This document shows positions 1-9,650 of a stretch of DNA of 64,000 bases, in pieces. The stretch is from positions 928,001 to 992,000 of the forward strand of contig CAXXQS010000001.1 of assembly GCA_963674735.2 (NCBI GenBank), read 5' to 3'. The notes beneath the pieces were generated by a model. It made no database searches and was not told the DNA's origin. It was given only the letters and a program-made list of their open reading frames with translations. Position numbers and translations under genes: made by a program. The stretch is from Myxococcota bacterium (GTDB taxonomy: Bacteria > Myxococcota_A > SURF-8). Each line of letters opens with the position of its first letter. Within the stretch, counting starts at the first letter, position 1.

Positions 1-308
1 ATCTGGCGGATCAACTTTTCCCGTAGCTCGCCATACGGAACATCCATCAATTCACAATCCCGGTACCCTAAATCACAGATTTCCTGTACACCAAGCTCTT
101 GCATGGCATTTTGAAATTCATTTCGATTGATGGTAACCGTCTCATCGGCAGAATGGAGGAAGGAGTCTTTCTCATCTTGTGTCACACGCACGACGAGGAT
201 ATGACAACCTTGTTCTACCCATAAGGCAAGCGTCCCACCGGCAAACAGGGTAATATCATCCGCGTGGGGAGTGACCGCCAAGGCACGTTTTGGAAGAAAA
301 GCAGACAT
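1..308 (-). CDS. PIG-L/LmbE-family deacetylase (5' part only; the gene runs off the window start)
   Basis: Manual translation from ATG at 308 gives MSAFLPKRALAVTPHADDITLFAGGTLA..., containing the PHxDD motif of PIG-L deacetylases. Not in the ORF track. Confidence 0.8.
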   Translation of the reverse strand, partial: MSAFLPKRALAVTPHADDITLFAGGTLALWVEQGCHILVVRVTQDEKDSFLHSADETVTINRNEFQNAMQELGVQEICDLGYRDCELMDVPYGELREKLIRQ

Positions 309-317
309 GGTGTCCTT

Positions 318-2000
318 TCAATTAAGGTCGTCCCAGTTTATCGGAGTGTAAGGTGCACTCGCATTGTCCACTACGGCTTGCTTGAATGCTGGATGAGCGG
401 AGAAATTATCACTGTCGAGCGCCTGGAAGTCCGCTTTGATTTTATCGAAACCTGCATCCTTTACATCGATTCGATAGCCAGGGTTTTCGGAAGGATGATA
501 AAGTCCCCAGGTGCTGGTGTCGGTATAATATTTCCATGTCCAAAACCCCCAGTGAATACCTCTTTCGTTCAGTCTTTCCAGTACGAGATCCATCCCTTCC
601 GCCGATACATCCGTATGTCCGTCATTTCCATCAGCCGCATTGAATTCGCCCAGGTATATCGGACATTCAAAGCGCTCAAAGGCGCGTCCGAATTCCATCA
701 GATCACGATCAATGTTGTTCAGATATTCTTGAGCCGTATCCCCACCTGGATAAAGGTGAAGGGAAAACATTGCGTTCTGCCAGCCCATTTCTTTGGGCGA
801 ACGGAGACTGGAAAGCGATTTGTATCCCTCTTCGATCATGATGATATGATTGGAGTCAACTTCGCGAATGGCTTGATAAATTCCGTTATGCACACTGGCA
901 TACGTTTCGACATTCGGCGACGCCATCGGTTCGTTCATCAGATTGAGTATGGCGATGTGCGGTTCGTCTGCGAAGTAAGTGGCGATTGCTTTCCAGAGCC
1001 GGGTGGTTTTATCGATGCAGTCTTGATTGGTCCAGAGAAAACCACCGTTTTCCAAGCCCTGGTGCCATGAGGTGCTTTGGCCGCCCGGTGTGCCATGCAT
1101 ATCGAGCATTAAATACACCCGATGCTTACGCGCCCACCCTACCAAGCGATCCAGGCGTTCCCAACCATCCGGCTTGAATGCGTTCTCACCTTCTTCATCG
1201 GTTTCGAGCGCCTCGTACCATATTGGAACACGGATCAGATTCAAACCCAGTTCCGCAACCCGTTGCACATCCAGTTCGGTGATGTAGTTGTCCTGGAACG
1301 TCCGACGCAATTCCAGGTAGTCGGCTTTGCCGAAACGAGCATCCAGGTGTTTCCACAAGGAGCGTTCCTCGTAAATCCAAGGCTCGGATTCGAACCAGGC
1401 CCAGAACTGATCCAAGCCGGGAAGGTCCTGCTCAGTTGCAATTTCATAGGTGTACGGCTTCCACTCCTGCATTAAACCCCAATGGGATTGAGACTCGATC
1501 AACCAATCAAATGCCGTCTGGTCGCGGGCGTTTTGAACCAATTCCGCTACGCCGTACTCCTCGGCCTTGATTGGAATCAGCTTGAGAAAATCCCACTCAA
1601 ACAGTAAGCCAACACCAGAGAGCCATGTTTCCATCATCATCCAGCTTCCGAAATTCACACCGCGCAGCATGATATTATTATCATCCTCATCAACAATGTC
1701 TGTTCCATCCACATGCAAAAACGGAAGTGTCGCAACTTCAGTTGGTGCTGGACGCACCGGAAAAGCCTGCGTGTTCGGCTGGCAATCCGCCCACTTTGTA
1801 TGATCGAGCGTGGCCTCCTCAAGATCGCCTTCGCCCACATCGTCGGAATCCCCATTGTTCTCAGCATCCGTTTCAAGGTCGCCATCGGGAACGTCCATGT
1901 CACCATCTGCCACCTGATCCTGACTGGTTGTGTTACATGCCGGTAACAGGAGGATCGTAAAAATAAACAGCCATGTCCAAAATACCGGAATTGCTCTCAT
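318..2000 (-). CDS. Glycoside hydrolase family 5 lipoprotein
   Basis: Lipoprotein-like signal (LLLPAC) and acidic DGD linker; motifs LRGVNFG, DMHGTPG, NEP (acid/base) and IYLGEF (nucleophile). Confidence 0.85.
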   Translation of the reverse strand: MRAIPVFWTWLFIFTILLLPACNTTSQDQVADGDMDVPDGDLETDAENNGDSDDVGEGDLEEATLDHTKWADCQPNTQAFPVRPAPTEVATLPFLHVDGTDIVDEDDNNIMLRGVNFGSWMMMETWLSGVGLLFEWDFLKLIPIKAEEYGVAELVQNARDQTAFDWLIESQSHWGLMQEWKPYTYEIATEQDLPGLDQFWAWFESEPWIYEERSLWKHLDARFGKADYLELRRTFQDNYITELDVQRVAELGLNLIRVPIWYEALETDEEGENAFKPDGWERLDRLVGWARKHRVYLMLDMHGTPGGQSTSWHQGLENGGFLWTNQDCIDKTTRLWKAIATYFADEPHIAILNLMNEPMASPNVETYASVHNGIYQAIREVDSNHIIMIEEGYKSLSSLRSPKEMGWQNAMFSLHLYPGGDTAQEYLNNIDRDLMEFGRAFERFECPIYLGEFNAADGNDGHTDVSAEGMDLVLERLNERGIHWGFWTWKYYTDTSTWGLYHPSENPGYRIDVKDAGFDKIKADFQALDSDNFSAHPAFKQAVVDNASAPYTPINWDDLN

Positions 2001-2012
2001 GTCATCATTCCT

Positions 2013-4301
2013 TTATTCTTCATTCGTGCTATGGACGGATTCACAAACGAACTCTGAAATATCAAAACCCCAGGCAAGCGGAGATTCTTGCCGCATTCCT
2101 ACAAGAACAGTCCGGTAATGCCCGCTATGGCTCGGTTGCCATTCCACAATGCTGTCGCCTGCATCCGCATCGGCTAAGCCAAACACAAAGAATTCGACCT
2201 CATCTTCACTTGGCGACCAGGTCCACTTCTCGTGTGTTACGCAGGTCTGCTCGGGCTGTGAAAACGATAAGGTTGTCACGTTTTGATCCGCTACGCGTAA
2301 GGCTCTTACAGCATCAAGCAACTTGGCAACCTTACCACTGCTAAACACAAAGCGATTCTCTATGCTATGTTCGCGAGCGTCTTCAGCCTTCAGCAGAGAG
2401 TCGTTACCTGATTCACCGCCCTGTTTTTCTGCCAAGGCCCGAAGAGCCCACAATCCCATTTCTCCTTCGTATTGGATCTTGAAAAGCGGGAAAGCCAGTT
2501 CATCAACCATGTCAGGCGCCAAGGCACTATGGTGAACTTCAGATCGGATTGCTGCCATGCGCCCGAACAGTGGCAAGAGGTCGAAAACCTCATCAAGATC
2601 CTGATCCGAATCGCTTTTCAATTTCTGAATTAGAGAATCGATTGCCGCTTCCAGTTTACGATGCCCTGTGTCTTCCTGCGCGTGACCATCAAAGAGTTCC
2701 ATGATGAAGCGAAGGGTGTCGATGTCGTTTTCATTGGAGTCATTTGGTCTGATCCCGCTTTGTCCTTCCCAATCAGACGCCATGTCACGCCCTTTTGGTG
2801 GTTCGTATTGTCCCGGAGCCTGCATAAACGTTGCAAAGCTTCCGAGACTCAAACGCGATAGCCCACCCTGAATGGAAGTGTTGTGCATGATGCCGGATAC
2901 TGCGGGTATCAGCGTCTCGTCCCGCCCGGAGAACGCGCCAAGCAGGATGCGTCCGGTAAAACCATCCCCACCATCATTCGCCCAGAAGTTGTCCCAGATC
3001 ACGGGCTTGTGACCAGTGGTATCCACGAATTCATCGAGGTCGGAGCCTGTCATGGTCAGGTTCGAGGTGCCCGGTCCCGTCCACATGATGGAAATGCCTT
3101 CGTCAAGATCCTGCAATGCATTCAGATAGTCGATGCCGTCCTCAAACATTCCGATGCGTTCGTCGCTATAAACCGTAGGAACGAACATCATTGTGATCGT
3201 CGGATTTAATATTTGCAGGTGAGCGAACAAGCGATTAGCAACCGAAACATGAATCGCGGCCATCTCCGCATCCACGGGATGCTCTGTATCGAATTCGATA
3301 TCATCCGCCAACAAGGCGATTCCACCGGCTCCCAGTTGGGTGAATTCGGTAGCCTTGTTCTTCAGAGTTTCATAATCCTCATCTTGAGACGCATCGAAAT
3401 CGATAAAAGGACTGATGCCGAAAAGGAAGGTGATCCGGGATGCCTCACTGTATTCAAACAAGTTCTGGAACCGGCTCTTTTCCGTTTCGGTGTAGGGTTC
3501 GCGCCAATTCCTACGATGCTTGTCGTCCCATTTCGGACAATACAGGTAAGTCCCAAGGCCGGTTTCAGCCATCCGCTCAATCATGGCATAGCGTTCGCCC
3601 CACGACCACGGAACACCATAGAAACCTTCAATCACACCGGATTGGGGAAATAAGGGACCAACAGTGTCTATTGGAACGTCCGGTTCAGACGGAATTGAGA
3701 ACTCAGGCACCCATGCATTGAGTGTCAAACGGCTCAACGAAACCGGCCCCTGGGTTTGAAACTGAAGTTGTATACATCCCGCACTGAAACCTGTGAGATC
3801 GTGATTCTCCCGAGCGTCCTCCCAAATCAAACTCTGCTTAACCTGGCCCTGACAGGCTTCTAAGAGGCTCAACGTAAGTTTAACAATTTCCCCTTCTACG
3901 GACATTGAAACGATGTCGAGGTCAACCTGCTCGTGAAGCCACGGCTGTAAATCGACTGTAAGAGTCGTCTCGCTGTTCTCTGGAATCTTCCAGGAAGTCT
4001 CGGGATTGTCGTCGCGAATGGTCGCGATGGCGTCCTGGCTTTCAACCGGCCATGGAAAGAAGTCTCGTTTCGTATCACTCGCCTCAAGGCGGCTGAAAGG
4101 AATGATGTCGATCAGAAACCGACTAGATCCGTCTTTCTCTAGGTCTGATTCTTCGTTATCTCCCTCAATGTGGTCGAGGTCGGAATCGCCATCAAATATG
4201 GGTGAATTCTGGGATTCACCAGCGTTGCAAGCTACCAACACCAAGCTAACCAAAGCGTAAAAGATGATGGCTAACCAATGCTTGATTCCAGTGAAAACCA
4301 C
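2013..4301 (-). CDS. GH84 beta-N-acetylglucosaminidase (O-GlcNAcase/hyaluronidase-like) lipoprotein
   Basis: LVAC lipobox; GVIEGFYGVPWS, YLYCPKWD, the catalytic DD pair in LLADDI, and IWDNF. Confidence 0.85.
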   Translation of the reverse strand: MVFTGIKHWLAIIFYALVSLVLVACNAGESQNSPIFDGDSDLDHIEGDNEESDLEKDGSSRFLIDIIPFSRLEASDTKRDFFPWPVESQDAIATIRDDNPETSWKIPENSETTLTVDLQPWLHEQVDLDIVSMSVEGEIVKLTLSLLEACQGQVKQSLIWEDARENHDLTGFSAGCIQLQFQTQGPVSLSRLTLNAWVPEFSIPSEPDVPIDTVGPLFPQSGVIEGFYGVPWSWGERYAMIERMAETGLGTYLYCPKWDDKHRRNWREPYTETEKSRFQNLFEYSEASRITFLFGISPFIDFDASQDEDYETLKNKATEFTQLGAGGIALLADDIEFDTEHPVDAEMAAIHVSVANRLFAHLQILNPTITMMFVPTVYSDERIGMFEDGIDYLNALQDLDEGISIMWTGPGTSNLTMTGSDLDEFVDTTGHKPVIWDNFWANDGGDGFTGRILLGAFSGRDETLIPAVSGIMHNTSIQGGLSRLSLGSFATFMQAPGQYEPPKGRDMASDWEGQSGIRPNDSNENDIDTLRFIMELFDGHAQEDTGHRKLEAAIDSLIQKLKSDSDQDLDEVFDLLPLFGRMAAIRSEVHHSALAPDMVDELAFPLFKIQYEGEMGLWALRALAEKQGGESGNDSLLKAEDAREHSIENRFVFSSGKVAKLLDAVRALRVADQNVTTLSFSQPEQTCVTHEKWTWSPSEDEVEFFVFGLADADAGDSIVEWQPSHSGHYRTVLVGMRQESPLAWGFDISEFVCESVHSTNEE

Positions 4302-4318
4302 GATATGCTGACTCCTTC

Positions 4319-5335
4319 TTATAAAATCGATTTCAACTTGCCAAGTAAATCCTCGGCCCGACCGGCATCCATTCTTTCGTGATGATAAATACCGTAGGGT
4401 AGTTGCGTCTCTCGGCTCAAGTATTCAGGGAGCGCTACTAGCGTCTGGATGATTTCCTTTTCCGTAACGCCTATCTGTTCCGGTTTATACCTAACTTCGG
4501 CTTTATCCAGGAAGGACTTAATTGGAGTAACATCCTGCTCCTGGTATAGCGCCGTTATTAAAATCGCCAAGGCAATCAATTCGCCGTGAATGTACGAGCG
4601 GTGGGTGATCGATTCCAGGCAGTAGGCGAAGTAGTGCTCCGAACCTTCTTCCGGGCGACTGTTACCATGCTCCTCGCATAAAGCCACTTCACCGACATAT
4701 AATTCCGAAATCAGCTTCAATCCTTCGTCATCACATGCAAGGATGGCTTCGGGCCTGGCAAGCAGACAATCTAGAAGCTTTTGAGATGCTTGTGCTATTG
4801 ATTCATTATAGTTTTCTGCGACGGTATCGGCTGCCAGTTTCCAGTCATGCAGGGCCGTGAAGATGGAAAGAACATCGCCGACTCCTGCGCGATTCAAGCG
4901 CCTTGGTGAACGTTTCAGCAGGTGAAAATCGATCAGCAGTTTGGCAGGAAGAATCTGGCCGACATAACGGACGTGATGATCGACACGAACACCGACCGCG
5001 TTTGTGAAAGCGGCATCGACACTTATAATGGACGGCATCAGAATCAAAGAGAGTTCTTTCATCCATGCGGCCATTTTCGCCGCATCGCAGGCAGACCCTC
5101 CGCCAATGCCGAAAACCGTTGATACTTCCGGCATGGACTCGATTTGCGCCCTCAACGGACCCTCTTCCATGGAATCCGGGGAGCCTACAAATTCAGGAGA
5201 AAAAGGGAAATCGTTCTCCACCAAATCCCAGGCTTCGGGGGCACAATAGACCGCGCATTTATTGAAATAGCTCGGGTTCAGAGTTTTCAATAACCGTTCG
5301 CCGTATATCGGTAACGCCTGTCCTCTGTCTAACAT
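4319..5335 (-). CDS. Glycerol-1-phosphate dehydrogenase-like (iron-containing ADH/DHQS superfamily) oxidoreductase
   Basis: GIGGGSACDAAK, SVDAAFT, GSEH and HGE metal-binding motifs. Start placed at MLDRGQ, which follows a GAAGGA RBS. Confidence 0.75.
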   Translation of the reverse strand: MLDRGQALPIYGERLLKTLNPSYFNKCAVYCAPEAWDLVENDFPFSPEFVGSPDSMEEGPLRAQIESMPEVSTVFGIGGGSACDAAKMAAWMKELSLILMPSIISVDAAFTNAVGVRVDHHVRYVGQILPAKLLIDFHLLKRSPRRLNRAGVGDVLSIFTALHDWKLAADTVAENYNESIAQASQKLLDCLLARPEAILACDDEGLKLISELYVGEVALCEEHGNSRPEEGSEHYFAYCLESITHRSYIHGELIALAILITALYQEQDVTPIKSFLDKAEVRYKPEQIGVTEKEIIQTLVALPEYLSRETQLPYGIYHHERMDAGRAEDLLGKLKSIL

Positions 5336-5751
5336 ATTCTGTCCTTCACGTTGAACACATAACCTGCTATTATGTCGGCATCTGCCAATTGGCAGTTGCT
5401 GTCGTTTAATAGCATTATAATGACTTCTATTCAAATGTTATTTGAAAAAGCGACATGATTTGAAGGTAGGCAATGCGGATTGAATTGCATTGGAAACGGG
5501 GGACCTTCTTAGCCGCAGGCTACCGGAAGTACCAACACCAATGATCGCAATTGAAAAGGTCGGTTCACCAGGGTGGATGATGTCTAACTGACGGTGGAAT
5601 TTGATATTGATAGTCGTACGGTCCATGTCGTTTCTATCTATGGGGTTTCCTTTCATTGTTTATCGTTATGTTATTGCACAGTTATTGTTGTCGCCAGTAT
5701 TGCCTCGTGGTATCTTTGCCTTACAGAATTCCAGGATGCAGGAGAGCATTC

Positions 5752-7212
5752 ATGTCGAGATGGTTTGTCATTACTGCCTCAGTTTTGTTTTCATTGGCAC
5801 TGTTAGCCTGTGGGAATGACTCAACTATCGGCTCTGCAGGCGATGACGATATTGTTCCGATCTATGATGGTGATTGGTCTGAAGCCGATTCGATCGATGT
5901 AGATGTTTTTTCTGATGGAGACTCTGAAGCGGATCTGGATAGCGAGAATATCGCACCCGACGGTGACCAACTGGATGGAGACGACGATCTATCTGACGGA
6001 GATGGGATCGACAGCGAGCAGGCGACCGATGGAGACGAGGAAACCGACGGAGATGTAGAACCAGACGACGATGCTGATACCGACACCGAACTATGCCCTG
6101 ACATGTGGGAAGGCCCGGCTCCGCCGGATTGTCGACAATGGGATTGTGAACTGCAACCTTGGCCGACCTGTTGGATCTGTGATCTTGTGGCAGATTTCAA
6201 CCAGAATGGTCTGTCCTGCAACTATTGCGACGATCAGTGCGAGTGTATCGAACCGCCCTGTTTGTGCCTGGACGGTGCTTGCGTTCCGGAAGAAGGAAGT
6301 GACGGTGATGGAGATGGATCGGAATTGGAATCCGATGATCCGGTAGACGGTGATTTCGAAATCGATGTGGATTTGAATGAGGGAGAGGGAGAAGGTACCG
6401 TTCATGCGGTGGAACGTATTGTCATCGCAGGCGATAGTTGGTCTTGTGGAATCGTCACCCCAACGCGAAGCATACTTGACGAACGTGGCTTTTCCGATGT
6501 TGAGATCACATTCTCGACCACCGCCGTTGCCGGATCAACAGCAGACGAATGGGTGAACAACCACGATAACAAATTACTGAAGCTTACCGCCGCATTGGAC
6601 GAGGAACCTCAAGCCGAACTACTAATGCTGGTCATCGGCGGCAACGATGTTAACGCCTCCATCTACAACGATGGTTTTGACGATATGTCGAATGGGCAAC
6701 GAAACGTGGTACTGGACAGTATCCGAGATGAAATTAGATCCATTGTCGATTTTGCTCGTCTCAATCGTCCCCATCTCAAAGTCGTTCTTGTTGGGTACGA
6801 CTATTTCCACTATCTCTTTCTCCAAGAATTCTACGGACTAGGGGATATGTTCCTGGACGAATACAACCTGGCATTCGTGGGATTGGGACTTCGAAAACTG
6901 GAGATTTCAAACCAGGTGACCAGTTGCTACTATGCCCATAATTATGGGGTGTTGCAGTATACTTTCGGCGACCGACCCCATCCGCCTTTCAACCTGCCAC
7001 TTTTCGAATACTCACCGGGGTACGTTCCTGCCCCAGGTGTTGCACCTGATTACACTCCCTTCCCAGGAGGGTTGTACCAGATCCCTTCGCCGCTGGACCA
7101 GATTCCAGATGGCATCCACCCCAGTGAAGAGGGGTTCACCGCCATCATGAATCATGTGTTTGACCAGGGGATGGAGAACGTATTGCTTGGGAACGACTGG
7201 GTTGCCCCCTAG
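5752..7212 (+). CDS. SGNH/GDSL hydrolase lipoprotein with acidic and Cys-rich linker
   Basis: LLAC lipobox, GDSW, GGND and DGIHP motifs; GGAG RBS upstream of ATG 5752. Confidence 0.8.
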   Translation: MSRWFVITASVLFSLALLACGNDSTIGSAGDDDIVPIYDGDWSEADSIDVDVFSDGDSEADLDSENIAPDGDQLDGDDDLSDGDGIDSEQATDGDEETDGDVEPDDDADTDTELCPDMWEGPAPPDCRQWDCELQPWPTCWICDLVADFNQNGLSCNYCDDQCECIEPPCLCLDGACVPEEGSDGDGDGSELESDDPVDGDFEIDVDLNEGEGEGTVHAVERIVIAGDSWSCGIVTPTRSILDERGFSDVEITFSTTAVAGSTADEWVNNHDNKLLKLTAALDEEPQAELLMLVIGGNDVNASIYNDGFDDMSNGQRNVVLDSIRDEIRSIVDFARLNRPHLKVVLVGYDYFHYLFLQEFYGLGDMFLDEYNLAFVGLGLRKLEISNQVTSCYYAHNYGVLQYTFGDRPHPPFNLPLFEYSPGYVPAPGVAPDYTPFPGGLYQIPSPLDQIPDGIHPSEEGFTAIMNHVFDQGMENVLLGNDWVAP

Positions 7213-7253
7213 AGGGGCGGTGCGGATAGACTGGGGCAAGAGTTGCTGTTTCA

Positions 7254-8081
7254 TCAATATTCTCCTTCTTGAGTAAATTCTTCAGGTGCGAAATAACCGT
7301 ATTCACCCAGCACTTGCAGCATCGACCATGGATCCACCGCCCGGCCATCGCCACCTAGGACGCCGTCCAGGATGGCCCAGAACTCGTCCAGGTCTCCCTG
7401 CCAGTCTTCGACCGCGTCGAGCAGGTCTGCAGCCTGATTGGGACTCAGGCCGACCAGTTGTAACTCGTTGAAGATGTCGTCGTCGGGCGGCATGCTGTTA
7501 GTACGTTGGCTGAAATTACGATCCAGACCAAAACCGAGGCCTAATTCTTCATCCGGCCAGACCAAACCCCAAGGCGCGGCGGGCGTGTGGACTTTGTCAC
7601 TCAGTTCTTTCTCCAGCGTTTCGTCGCGCTCCACACTGGCCAGGAAGCCGACCTTGATCTGATCGACGGTGATGCGCCACGGCGAGTACAGGTCCAGCCG
7701 GGCGCGGAAATGACCCTGTTTGTTCGTCACGATGCTGACCAGCCAGTCTCCGTTGTCCATCTGCTCGATGGTGTCGGCGTCTTCCGAGGACCAGAAGCAG
7801 TTCAGGTCAGCATGACTGTGAGCCCAGCAGCGCAGGTCGGACACGTCGTGACCAACCTTGACCAACTCCGTCATTAACGCGCCCATGCTTTCGCGGTCGG
7901 GCGAGGTATGGCTGTCGGTGCAGGTCTGCTCCGGTAAGAAGAACTTTACGATGACGATGGCGCCGCTGTCCTCGTCCTTCTCAATTACTCCGAAGCAGGA
8001 GAATTCACCCTTGGCCGCCTGCGTCCAGACGCGCAACTGCTTCTCCGCCTCACCCGACAGCAACACCTTCGGCGTCCGCAT
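7254..8081 (-). CDS. JAB/MPN+ (JAMM) metalloprotease, putative Ubl-processing/deconjugating enzyme
   Basis: Probable start MRTPKVLL at 8081. An upstream Glu (GEFSCFG) and an exact JAMM motif H-S-H-x7-S-x2-D (HSHADLNCFWSSED) are present. The first ~168 aa of the track ORF overlap the upstream gene and are probably not translated. Confidence 0.85.
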   Translation of the reverse strand: MRTPKVLLSGEAEKQLRVWTQAAKGEFSCFGVIEKDEDSGAIVIVKFFLPEQTCTDSHTSPDRESMGALMTELVKVGHDVSDLRCWAHSHADLNCFWSSEDADTIEQMDNGDWLVSIVTNKQGHFRARLDLYSPWRITVDQIKVGFLASVERDETLEKELSDKVHTPAAPWGLVWPDEELGLGFGLDRNFSQRTNSMPPDDDIFNELQLVGLSPNQAADLLDAVEDWQGDLDEFWAILDGVLGGDGRAVDPWSMLQVLGEYGYFAPEEFTQEGEY

Positions 8082-9579
8082 CGTCAGTTTCCGCTTCGTC
8101 TCCGTCGGCTCCGTCGTCTTGATCTTCTTCGTCTTCTTCATCTTCAACGGCCCAAGCGCTGCACTCGGATCGGTGTTCGCAGTCCGGGCATTCGGGTTCG
8201 TTTCGTTCACGGCAATTCTCCTCGCTTTCAGGGTGTAAGGCGCACCATTCGCGGTGGCACTGTAAGCATTCGTAGGGCCCGCCGTCGTTCCGGCAGTCGT
8301 CGCGCACATCGTCCAGGAAGGGGCAGCGCGCATCCCCGCAATCCAGGCAATCTCGCGGAGAGCTGTTGTCGAAGCAGCGGCTGTAACGCTCGTCCCAATA
8401 TGGGCAATCCCTGTCGGAGCAATCCGTGCAGGTGGCTTCGCCGCCTTCATAGCATTCCTCGTATTCGTCGTGCTCGCTGTCGAACCATTGCGTGTACGGG
8501 TCGAGCGGGTTGTAGGACAGCAGGAATTCGTCGAGCAGTAGCAACAGCGTCCCCCATTCGCGCTGCGCCATGAGCTTGTTGACATCGTCGCCGATGTTGC
8601 CCAGGCACGGTGAGCCTTCCGTGCTGATGTGTGGGTGGAAGTAGTTGGATCGCCACTCGTTGTTGCCGGCGGCCTCGAAGCGGATCAGTTCTTTGCCGGT
8701 CAACTCGATCCGGCAGCGGATGTCGCCCAGTTCCGACTCCACGCCCGAATCCGGGTCTTCGATCCGCACATCGGTATGCACGGCCACCAGTTTGCTGTCA
8801 GAAATCGAGATGGACTGGAAGCGTTCGCCGACGAGGGATTGCAACTGCTGGCTGATCCGCTTGACTGCACTCATCGTGCGTCCGCATTTCTCGTTGACGG
8901 CCAGACGGAGCAGACGTTCTTCCTCCCGCTGGCGCGCCAGCTTGCCCACGAGCTGATGGTACTGCCGGTTCAGTTCGAGCAGATTGGCCTCGTTGTCGCG
9001 GATGTCCTGCTGGGTGCGTTCCAGGCTCTGGCGGGAAAGTGCGCTGTAGAAGCTGCCGAAGCGGCGAGTGGTCTCAAGCGGATTGGGCGTCTGCATGGCG
9101 TTCCGGCAGGCGCAGTCGAAGCCGTCGCGGAAGATGCTCGTCAGCAGGGTGCGCTTGGCCCCGAAAGTGACTTCCAGACCGTTCTGGAAACGGATGCTGT
9201 TGTCATCGATGCGGGCGGTGTAGAGTGTTGAGCCGCTCAGCGTCCAGGCCCCATGTACGTACGGCACTTGGAGATCGGGACCGTGCTCCATTGGAAGCCA
9301 GCGCTTCCGGTCCTCATTCAGTAACTTGCGCTTCTCACCAGTCACCGCCGCGTTGACCGGAGCCATGTAGAAGCGGTAGTCGCCATCAAGCACCGTGACC
9401 TCGTATTCACGCGAAACAACCACTGTCATCACCGGGCCAAGCGTATACGCTGCATCCGACCGATCATCTTCTTTCACTTGGACGATGGGATGCTGGTCGG
9501 CGGGGAAATCGAGCAACCACTCCTGCATGAGCGCCCGAAGGATTTCCGGGATACGAGTGGTATCGTTAAGATGTTCCAT
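8050..9579 (-). CDS. E2/UBC-like conjugating protein with N-terminal coiled coil and C-terminal Cys-repeat and acidic tail
   Basis: FHPHISTEGSPCLG resembles the E2 HPN...G.ICL signature, with Cys at 8605-8607. It is followed by helices ending LLSYNPLDPY. Heptad-rich middle region; GAGGAG RBS; located between the Ubl and JAB genes. Confidence 0.7.
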   Translation of the reverse strand: MEHLNDTTRIPEILRALMQEWLLDFPADQHPIVQVKEDDRSDAAYTLGPVMTVVVSREYEVTVLDGDYRFYMAPVNAAVTGEKRKLLNEDRKRWLPMEHGPDLQVPYVHGAWTLSGSTLYTARIDDNSIRFQNGLEVTFGAKRTLLTSIFRDGFDCACRNAMQTPNPLETTRRFGSFYSALSRQSLERTQQDIRDNEANLLELNRQYHQLVGKLARQREEERLLRLAVNEKCGRTMSAVKRISQQLQSLVGERFQSISISDSKLVAVHTDVRIEDPDSGVESELGDIRCRIELTGKELIRFEAAGNNEWRSNYFHPHISTEGSPCLGNIGDDVNKLMAQREWGTLLLLLDEFLLSYNPLDPYTQWFDSEHDEYEECYEGGEATCTDCSDRDCPYWDERYSRCFDNSSPRDCLDCGDARCPFLDDVRDDCRNDGGPYECLQCHREWCALHPESEENCRERNEPECPDCEHRSECSAWAVEDEEDEEDQDDGADGDEAETDDADAEGVAVG

Positions 9580-9600
9580 ATCGTCTCCTCTAAAAATGCG

Positions 9601-9628
9601 AACGGCGGAAGGATTTCCCTCCGCCGCT
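9601..9628 (-). terminator. GC-rich hairpin between the Ubl and E2-like genes
   Basis: CGGCGGA-AGG...CCT-CCGCCG inverted repeat, followed by a weak T-rich stretch on the minus strand. Confidence 0.45.
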
Positions 9629-9650
9629 CTGGTCCCGACCTCCTTTCCGG

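Noticed and set aside
264-1070. Long antisense ORFs (e.g. 264..1070, 9935..10798, 24353..25246, 48463..49380, 59163..60068)
   Set aside because: They lie opposite well-supported genes and have no motifs, as is typical of GC-rich shadow frames.
5400-7260. att duplication of the tRNA-Pro 3' end marking the left island boundary
   Set aside because: No copy was found by eye. The boundary is inferred only from gene content, and a computational search is needed.
8082-8585. N-terminal 168 aa of track ORF 7254..8585
   Set aside because: This is an alternate-frame overlap with the E2-like gene and is Thr/Ala/Arg-biased. The JAB domain starts at ATG 8081.
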